Shown here in pieces: positions 56,504 to 64,000 of a stretch of DNA of 64,000 nt (within the stretch, counting starts at the first letter, position 1; every line of letters starts with the position of its first letter). The stretch is from an uncultured cyanobacterium (lineage in GTDB: Bacteria > Cyanobacteriota > Cyanobacteriia > Cyanobacteriales > Cyanobacteriaceae): positions 544,001 to 608,000 of the forward strand of contig CAVQBA010000006.1 in NCBI GenBank assembly GCA_963710605.1. Direction: 5' to 3'. The position numbers and the translations under genes were made by a program. The notes beneath the pieces were generated by a model. The model saw only the letters and a program-made list of their open reading frames with translations, made no database searches and had not been told where the DNA came from.

Positions 56504-58813
56504 ATGGTAGATATTTCAACTGCTTTTAATACATCTAGCGAAAAAGTTTCAGATTTTTTTAGAAGACCAGGAATCAGCTTTTATATTCCTTTGTATCAAA
56601 GAGAGTACAGCTGGGATAAAGAAAATATAGATCAATTGATAGAAGATATTTGTTCTGGTGTAGAATCTGTTTTAGATAATGACGGAACGATTCATTTTTT
56701 AGGTGCAATTATACTTGTTACAGAAAAAAATGCCAAAGTAAATATTAATCCAAGAGATAATCGTGCGTTACCTCCAAGAATCGATAATGTTATTGATGGA
56801 CAACAACGTATTTCAACAATTGCTTTACTTTCTTGTTTACTTTATCAAAAACTTTACGAAAACAGACAAAAATTAATTAAAGATGATAGATATAGTGGTT
56901 TTATTGAAGCTATTGACGAATATCTAAGAACTATTATCGAAGTTTTTTCTGTTGATTTGAATCGTGGTACACCAACGAGAAAACCAATTATCATAAGAGC
57001 CTCAATCGATGGTTGGACTTTTGATGGTGATGATAGTAACTATCAATCGGATATTTCTTCATTTATTGCTAGTTTTATAAGAGCTATTGAAGAAAAATTA
57101 AAATTTCCTAAGCCTCCAAATAATTCTTTGGTCGGAACAAATTTAAAAAAAATTAATTCTTTACTCAAAGAAGTTGAAAAAGCCTACGAAATAGAGCGAG
57201 ATAGTTTTCCACCTGCTTGGAAAATTTTGGAAAGCATATCTCAAGATGACTTGTGGAATTATGAAAGACCAGAATTAAAATCATTAATTAAAGAATGTCA
57301 ACACAAAATTGAATCTAAACAAAATATTTCCAATAAAGATAAAATAGCCTGTTCGCTAGTTCAAATTTTTGCGTTTTGTCATTATCTTTTAGAACGTTGT
57401 TGTTTAACGTTAATTGAACCTTCTTCCGAAGAGTGGGCATTTGATATGTTTCAGTCACTTAATGCAACAGGAACTCCTCTCACAGCATTAGAAACATTTA
57501 GACCATTGATTGTTAATTTTGTAGATTCCACTGGTGATAGTCAAAAGTTTAAAGGTTCAAAATCCAAAGAATATTTTTCTAACGTAGAAAAACTTTTTAG
57601 TCCTTTACTTAGTGCATCCAAGAAAAACAAATTGACAAATGATTACCTAACTTTATTTGGTACAACTTATGATGGGGGGAAAAAACCATCCAAACAATTT
57701 ACAGCACAGAGAAAATGGTTAATAGATAAATATAAAAACTGTAATACTTATGAAGAAAAAGAAGAATTTATAAGAAGAATGAGCGACTTAACTTTATATT
57801 GGGAAAATGTTATTAACTTTACCCCCCAAACATCTAATTGTATAAAAGGTACAGAATATATAGATGAACAAAATAAAAAAATAGCCGCTTTGTGTGTACT
57901 TTATCTTCAGGATGCAAATCATAAAATGGCTCATACGATATTAAGTCGATTCTATAGCTTAATACTAAGATGCTCATCCGAACATGAAGATAAGAATTTA
58001 GCTCAAAAATTTGTATCTGCCACAAAAAAAGTTACAGCCTTTTTTACTCTCTGGCGTTCTGCATTGCCAAATACAGGTTTAGATGAAATGTACAGAAGGT
58101 TACTACGTGAAAGTATGTCGTGGGAAAAAGGAAATTCTCAATTGAATGAAGAAGAACTGAAAAAATACTTCCAAAAGGTACTCGAAGAGAAAGGAATAGG
58201 AACAAAAGATGAGTGGAAAAACAAGGCAATTAACTATTTGAGGTACGACAATGCTAAAGCGATATGTAAATTTACACTATTAGTTACGGCACAGGACACT
58301 ATATGCGATCCTGATGAGCTTGGCTTGATTAAAAAAGGTATTGACGGTTCTTCTCCATTGTATTTAGAATCCAACAAATGGACTTCACAAGATCTTAATA
58401 GCATTGAACATATAGCTCCAAGAGAAAAAAAAGATGGAAAAGACTGGGATAATGCTCTCTATACTGCTAAAGAAGATTACCATCAAATTGGAAATTTAAC
58501 TTTGTTACCTACCGAAATTAATAGTTCTGCAAGTAATAAGGGATGGATTGAAAAACTTATTTATTATCAACACTTGGCAGAAAATGATCCAGATAAATTA
58601 TCTGCATTAAAGCAAAAAGCAGTTGAAAATGGAATTGAGTTAAGGGATTCTACAATCAATCTACTCACTAACGCATCATATCAACACCATATTAAACCTA
58701 TAGTTAAATTAGGAGAGCAAGGAAAATGGGATAAAATATTTGTAGAAAAAAGAACAGAAAGAATTTGCGACATTTTGTGGGAAAAAATGTATCAATGGTT
58801 CAATCAAAAATAG
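56504..58813 (+). CDS. sspE: DUF262-DUF1524(HNH) effector, SspE-like
   Basis: IPLYQREYSW, DGQQR, FQSLNATG, SIEHIAP...IGNLTLL..IN. Confidence 0.85.
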   Translation: MVDISTAFNTSSEKVSDFFRRPGISFYIPLYQREYSWDKENIDQLIEDICSGVESVLDNDGTIHFLGAIILVTEKNAKVNINPRDNRALPPRIDNVIDGQQRISTIALLSCLLYQKLYENRQKLIKDDRYSGFIEAIDEYLRTIIEVFSVDLNRGTPTRKPIIIRASIDGWTFDGDDSNYQSDISSFIASFIRAIEEKLKFPKPPNNSLVGTNLKKINSLLKEVEKAYEIERDSFPPAWKILESISQDDLWNYERPELKSLIKECQHKIESKQNISNKDKIACSLVQIFAFCHYLLERCCLTLIEPSSEEWAFDMFQSLNATGTPLTALETFRPLIVNFVDSTGDSQKFKGSKSKEYFSNVEKLFSPLLSASKKNKLTNDYLTLFGTTYDGGKKPSKQFTAQRKWLIDKYKNCNTYEEKEEFIRRMSDLTLYWENVINFTPQTSNCIKGTEYIDEQNKKIAALCVLYLQDANHKMAHTILSRFYSLILRCSSEHEDKNLAQKFVSATKKVTAFFTLWRSALPNTGLDEMYRRLLRESMSWEKGNSQLNEEELKKYFQKVLEEKGIGTKDEWKNKAINYLRYDNAKAICKFTLLVTAQDTICDPDELGLIKKGIDGSSPLYLESNKWTSQDLNSIEHIAPREKKDGKDWDNALYTAKEDYHQIGNLTLLPTEINSSASNKGWIEKLIYYQHLAENDPDKLSALKQKAVENGIELRDSTINLLTNASYQHHIKPIVKLGEQGKWDKIFVEKRTERICDILWEKMYQWFNQK

Positions 58814-58830
58814 TGAGCAACACAAAAACT

Positions 58831-59217
58831 ATGGATGTAATTACTTATACTCAAGCGAGAAAAAACTTTACTAATGTAATGAATCGAGTGTGTGAAGATC
58901 GTGTACCAATTATTATTACTCGTCAATCTCAAAAGCCAGTAGTCATGATGTCCTTAGAAGATTATAATGCGATCACGCAGTGCCAGCCTGAGCTGATCGA
59001 AGAAACATTATATTTATTACGTAGCCCTAAGAATGCCCAACGTCTTTACAAAGCCTTAGATGAATTAAAACAAGGAAAATATGAACAATATGAATTAATT
59101 GAATCTCAATCTAGTCAGCCTATTTCAGGACGTTTACGAGGACAATTCACTGTTAGTGATGATTTTTATCAGCCTGATGAGGAGTTAATCAAATTGTTTG
59201 AAGGAAAAGAAAGTTAA
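58831..59217 (+). CDS. Phd/YefM antitoxin with an 8-aa insertion and a fused VapB-like tail
   Basis: TYTQARKNF...IITR...SLEDY..EETLYLLRSPKNA; tail GRLRGQFTVSDDF. Confidence 0.8.
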   Translation: MDVITYTQARKNFTNVMNRVCEDRVPIIITRQSQKPVVMMSLEDYNAITQCQPELIEETLYLLRSPKNAQRLYKALDELKQGKYEQYELIESQSSQPISGRLRGQFTVSDDFYQPDEELIKLFEGKES

Positions 59218-59225
59218 AATTGTTT

Positions 59226-59369
59226 CATGCACTTCAAGCATCAAACCTAACTTTACATCATAAAGATCCTTTCGATCGTATGTTAATCGCACAAAGTCAA
59301 TTAGAAACAATGACTATCTTAACTAACGATAATGCTTTTAACTCTTATCAAGTATAAATATTATGGTAG
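59226..59369 (+). pseudogene. C-terminal remnant of a PIN/VapC toxin
   Basis: HALQASNLTLHHKDPFDRMLIAQS...TND.AF..YQV*ILW*. Confidence 0.8.
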
Positions 59370-60511
59370 CGAATACACATCCTATTTATCTGGACTATCA
59401 TTCAACAACCCCCGTCGATCGTCGTGTAGCCGAAAAAGTATATGATTGTATGGTGAATCATTTCGGTAATGCTAGTAGTATCGACCATATTTTTGGCGAT
59501 AAAGCAAGACTTGCAGTCAAAAAAGCAGAGCAACAAATTGCCGATCTAATTCACTGTCATTCCTCAGAAATTATCTTCACCTCTGGGGCAACAGAAAGCA
59601 TTAACTTAGTAATTCAAGGATTATTACCCGATCGTATTATCGTCTCACCCGTCGAACATAAAGCTGTTATCGATACCTGTCAGATGTTAGAAAAAAAGGG
59701 TTTAAGTGAAATAGTCTGGTTAAAAGTAGATGAAAAAGCCAGAATCGACTTGAATCATTTAGAAGAGGTGTGCTGTGAAGGTGCAGATTTGTTATGTCTC
59801 ATGGCGGCTAATAACGAAGTAGGTAATATTTATCCGCTAGAAAAAATTGGTCAAATAGCTCAAAAATATCAAATTCCTTGGTTATGCGATGCTTCTCAAG
59901 CCGTCGGTAAAATACCGATCGATTTTCACGATTTAGGAATAACTTTTTTAACCTTTTCAGGACACAAACTATATGCACCCCTAGGAATCGGTACTTTAAT
60001 CCTCAATAAAAAAGTAGCTTTAAATTCTTTAATCTATGGTGGAGGTCATCAAAGAGGTTTACGATCGGGAACTCTTAATTTACCGAGTATTGTTGGTTTA
60101 GGAGAGGCTTGTTATTTACGTCAATTAGAAATGGAAGAAGATGAAAAAACGATCGCTTTATTGCGAGATCGATTACGATCGTTATTGCAAGCTCAAATTC
60201 CTAATTTAGTTGTTAACGGTGATTTAGATCATAAATTAGCAGGAAATTTACATATCTCTATCCCTAACATTCCTAATACTGCGGTTATTGCTCGAATTAG
60301 AGATAAATTAGCTATTTCTACAGGTTCGGCTTGTTCGTCACAGACGTTTTCTCCAAGTCATGTTTTAAGAGCAATGAATTTAGAAGATGAGTTAATCGAA
60401 AGTGCTTTAAGAATTGGAATTGGTAAATTTACAACTCAACCAGAAATTATCCAAACAGCAAATATTTTAGTTAATACATTTAGTGATATCTTGAAATTGA
60501 TTGAAGATTAA
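59363..60511 (+). CDS. sspA: Cysteine desulfurase (IscS/DndA/SspA-like)
   Basis: YLDYHSTTP, TSGATE, SGHK, STGSACSS; last gene of the ssp cluster. Confidence 0.88.
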   Translation: MVANTHPIYLDYHSTTPVDRRVAEKVYDCMVNHFGNASSIDHIFGDKARLAVKKAEQQIADLIHCHSSEIIFTSGATESINLVIQGLLPDRIIVSPVEHKAVIDTCQMLEKKGLSEIVWLKVDEKARIDLNHLEEVCCEGADLLCLMAANNEVGNIYPLEKIGQIAQKYQIPWLCDASQAVGKIPIDFHDLGITFLTFSGHKLYAPLGIGTLILNKKVALNSLIYGGGHQRGLRSGTLNLPSIVGLGEACYLRQLEMEEDEKTIALLRDRLRSLLQAQIPNLVVNGDLDHKLAGNLHISIPNIPNTAVIARIRDKLAISTGSACSSQTFSPSHVLRAMNLEDELIESALRIGIGKFTTQPEIIQTANILVNTFSDILKLIED

Positions 60512-60544
60512 ATTTTGATGGTGGGCAGTGCATCGCCCTACTAT

Positions 60545-60683
60545 GATAGTTAATTACAATCAGAATGAGACAATTTGGAGATTTTGTCTTTGAGTTTAAT
60601 TTATTAAACGGTATCTATTAGCGTAATGGAGATTTATTGCAAAGCGAGTTTTATACTGTCTCAAACTTAATTTAAACAACTAT
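60545..60683. mobile_element. MITE, family A
   Basis: AGAATGAGACA...TGTCTCA..AACAACTAT; homologous to 21015-21176. Confidence 0.65.
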
Positions 60684-60982
60684 TAATTATTAATTACCAA
60701 CAAATCTTTTCCTAACTGAAATATTTCTTCAATCGCTAACATCTGTCCATCTGTGGTCATCATTTTATGATCGCTTGTTGCCCGTATTGTTTTACCGTCT
60801 TCTAACTCGTATTCAAAAACTTCTTGTTGACCTCGATCGTGCCATTGAGCTACTTTTTGAGTATAAACAAAACCATGACGATCGACACTATAAACTTCAC
60901 AATCTAATTTTTCGGTAACTATTTTACCGATCGCAATTGCTCCATATTCCACCGTCAACACTTGCGTATCGTAACTCAGACA
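60683..60982 (-). other. Split intein N-fragment (DnaE-N intein, 99 aa)
   Basis: [14 protein letters not shown]...IRATSDHKM (blocks A and B). Confidence 0.95.
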
Positions 60983-63308
60983 ATATTCTGCAAACTTAAT
61001 CATCTGCTCGAACAAATCTTCTGCTGTAAGTTGAGGCACACCATTTTTCATCGAACCATCAATAAAAATTTCTTGGTGTTTTTGCATCTCTGAGATTTTT
61101 TTCTTACCCATTGCTCGTCTGAGTAAATCGGCTTCTCCTAAAGAATAACCAGCCAAATCCTGAGCCATTTTCATAATTTGCTCTTGATAAACCAAAACGC
61201 CATAAGTCTCGTTTAAGATCGGTTTGAGTAGCTCATGTTGATACTCTATTTCTTCTCTACCGTGTTTACGATCGATAAAAATAGGAATTAAACCAGCATC
61301 TAATGCGACCAGGGCGATATAAAGCTAAAATAGAAGATATATCCTCAATTCCTGAAGGTTTCAAATCTTTAACAATCTGTTTCATCCCGTCAGATTCTAA
61401 CTGAAAAATACCTTCTAAATTACCGCTTTCAAGCAACTTGTGAGTTTCAGCCACATCAGGGGGTAACTTTTTACTCGTGCCTTTAGCCAAAATTTCTAAT
61501 GCTCTTCTTTCTCCTAAGGGTAATCGATCGACATCGATCGTAATATTCTGATTCATCTGAATTAAATCGGCTGTTTTTTGGATTGTGGTTAAATTTCTCA
61601 AACCTAAAAAGTCCATTTTTAGCAAACCTAAAGAATCAAGATCTTCCATATAATATTGCGTAATGATAGAACCATCATTATTTTTTTGTAAAGGTACAAT
61701 TTCGTCTAAAGGTTGACTAGAAATTACCACCCCTGCGGCGTGAACACCAAAAGTTTTATTCATTCCTTCAATCCGCATCGCCATATCTAACCATCGCTTG
61801 ACATGAGGCTCATTGTCGTATCTTTCTTTAAATTCAGGCGAGGGGCTATCATCAGAAATCATTACCTTGAGTTTGGCGGGTTTACCACGGGCTACAGGAA
61901 TCATTTTCGCCATCATATCCGACTCAGAATAAGGCACACCGATAACTCTGGCTACATCTTTAAGTACGGCTTTAGAAGTCATACGGTTAAAGGTGATAAT
62001 TTGAGCAACTTTTTCTTTGCCATATGTGTCGGTGACATATTGGATCATTTGATCTCTTTTGTCGATACAAAAATCAGTATCAACGTCAGGCATTGATTTA
62101 CGTTCGGGGTTCAAAAATCTCTCGAAGAGTAAACCATGATAAACTGGATCGATATTAGTAATTCCTAAAGCATAAGCTACTAATGAACCTGCGGCTGAAC
62201 CTCTACCGGGCCCTACTGGTATATTATTATCACGAGCATATTTAATATAATCCCAGACAACTAAAAAATAAGTACAAAAACCCATTTGTTCAATCATCTT
62301 CAATTCGTATTCTAATCGTTCTCGGTATTCGGAGGTGATTTCGTTTTTTTGTTGACAATTAAATCGATCGAGTAAACCTAACCACGTCACTTCCTCTACA
62401 TAACTTTCAGCAGTATGCCCTGCGGGTATATCAAAATCAGGTATTCTTGGTTCACCTAAAACATTGTAAGGTTTAATTTTATCGGCAACTTCTAAGGTAT
62501 TTGCTAAGGCTTGTTCGATCGTTTCTGGTTCTAAATGATCTTGAAATAACGATCGCATCTCTTCTGCTGATTTGAGATATTCTGTCCCTGAGTATCTTAA
62601 TCTTTTGATTTCGGAGATGTCTTTTTTGGTTTGAATACAAATCAAAGCATCATGGGCTTCTACGTCGTTACAAGATATAAAATGAGAATCGTTAGTCGCA
62701 ATTATTTTGATTCCTAGTTTTTGACTGATATTGACTATTTCGAGGTTGACAATTCGGTCTTCTTGTGAGCCATGATCTTGTATTTCTAAATAAAAATCAT
62801 CACCAAATAATTTTTTATACCATTTAGCGGTGTCTCTGGCTTCTTTAAAATCTCCTTTAAGTATGTACTGCGGAATTTCTCCACCCAAACAACCACTAGT
62901 AACGATTAAACCTTCGTGATATTCGGTTAGTAATTCTTTGTTGATGCAAGGACGAGAAAAGATACCTGCACCTTGTACACCTTCTAATTGAGAGATGGTA
63001 GTGAGTTTGACTAAATTTTGATAACCTTTTTTGTCTTTAGCTAAAACAACTTGATGGTATTTACGAATTTTTTTGTGTTTAACGCCAATGTCTCCATTAA
63101 TGACATACATCTCGTTACCGATGATCGGTTTGATACCTTTATTCATACAGTTTTTGATCAGTTGAATCGCCCCATACATGACTCCGTGGTCAGTAATGGC
63201 GATCGCTGGCATTTCTAGTTCGATCGCTCTATTGACTAGATCAGGAATTTGAGATGCTCCATCTAGAAGGCTGTAATCGGTATGAACGTGTAAACCTACA
63301 AAAGACAT
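60683..63308 (-). CDS. dnaE: DNA polymerase III alpha, N-terminal split part (DnaE-N) with N-intein; frameshift at 61306
   Basis: [26 protein letters not shown]; ends FAEY-CLSY intein-N. Confidence 0.95.
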
Positions 63309-63400
63309 TCGTACTTTTTGATAATAATAATGTACTCTTATTTTATCAAATCGATCGAGAAAAAACTCAATAATTAATAATTGTTGTTAATTGTTAATTG

Positions 63401-64000
63401 TTAGCCTTGTTTAACTTCTTGACGATTCATTAATGCCGAATAATTAAATTGAGGTACTTTTTGCTGTAAGACAGTAAGTAAATCAGAGAATTTAATGGGT
63501 TTGCGTACAAAACCTGTAACTATATCTAAATCTTCTATATATGTTTCGACATCTGATTTTACTGAAGCAGTAACAACAATAATGGCAATCTCATTTGGCT
63601 TATAGTTAGATCTAATTAAGGAAATCAGCTCTTCTCCTGACATAACGGGCATTTTCAAATCCAGAAAGATCAAATCTGGTTTTTCTTCCTCAATCAATTC
63701 CCATCCTTGTTGACCATTTTCGGCAGTAACAATTTCACAATCAACTTTGGCAAAAAACTTAATCAGTAATTCTTGATTATCCAGAACATCATCAATAATT
63801 AAAATTCTTTCTAGGGGTGATTTATCCTTTTGAGCGATATTATTTGGTACAAGATAATTTTTTTGGACGGCTGAGTCTTGTTCGGGAGAGTTTAGTTTGA
63901 TCTGGGAAAAAATTAAACCAAACTCTGAGCCTTGATTTAATTGGCTTTTTAATTCTACTTTTCCACCTAACATACTCGTCAAACGTTTTGTGATTGTTAA
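63401..64000 (-). CDS. Hybrid histidine kinase, 3' part (end of HATPase plus REC); starts beyond the window
   Basis: MLGGKVELKSQLNQGSEF; IIDD...FLDLKMP...RKP. Confidence 0.85.
   Translation of the reverse strand, partial: LTITKRLTSMLGGKVELKSQLNQGSEFGLIFSQIKLNSPEQDSAVQKNYLVPNNIAQKDKSPLERILIIDDVLDNQELLIKFFAKVDCEIVTAENGQQGWELIEEEKPDLIFLDLKMPVMSGEELISLIRSNYKPNEIAIIVVTASVKSDVETYIEDLDIVTGFVRKPIKFSDLLTVLQQKVPQFNYSALMNRQEVKQG

Noticed and set aside
50129-60511. BREX type 4 or Dnd interpretation of the defence locus
   Set aside because: No PglZ, BrxL, DndD or DndE gene; separate DUF4007 and PAPS-reductase genes plus DUF262-HNH fit Ssp better.
61266-61310. Programmed frameshift or a second split in dnaE (likewise hflX and mrp)
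   Set aside because: Removing one base restores conserved YRPGPL; no slippery site; the shared motif points to sequencing error.
3437-62096. Short antisense or shadow ORFs (3437, 7969, 10970, 14226, 17774, 28601, 30220, 31094, 32330, 36518, 41505, 45178, 57834, 58044, 61803)
   Set aside because: They are short, cover only part of well-supported genes and show no motifs, unlike the full-length antisense frames at 21-22 kb.

Overview
AT-rich cyanobacterial chromosomal window, judged from the abundant CGATCG/GCGATCGC HIP1 sites, ccmK, split-intein dnaE-N and the SufR box. It is mostly housekeeping genes (argH, mazG, msrA, sepF-proC, rbsK, phoU, ilvC, ftsY, mrp, sufB, pepA, hflX, dnaE-N) mixed with signalling genes, including an ammonium transporter-histidine kinase fusion next to a diguanylate cyclase. 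Mobile and repeat content is an ISAs1 element with its MITE, an IS608-type TnpB element, and many REP, MITE and heptamer repeats. A complete Ssp-type DNA phosphorothioation defence locus (sspB-C-D-E-A, 50.1-60.5 kb) is interrupted by toxin-antitoxin modules. The most unusual signal is at 21.2-22.9 kb: two 780-bp REP-delimited cassettes whose pentapeptide-repeat genes avoid TTA/CTA/TCA completely. As a result, the in-register antisense frame stays open through each gene and continues into protein-like sequence, which suggests dual-strand coding. Seven genes carry single-base lesions. Most of these sit at GG(W/N)CC motifs and are probably base-calling errors caused by methylation. No rRNA, tRNA or CRISPR array was seen.
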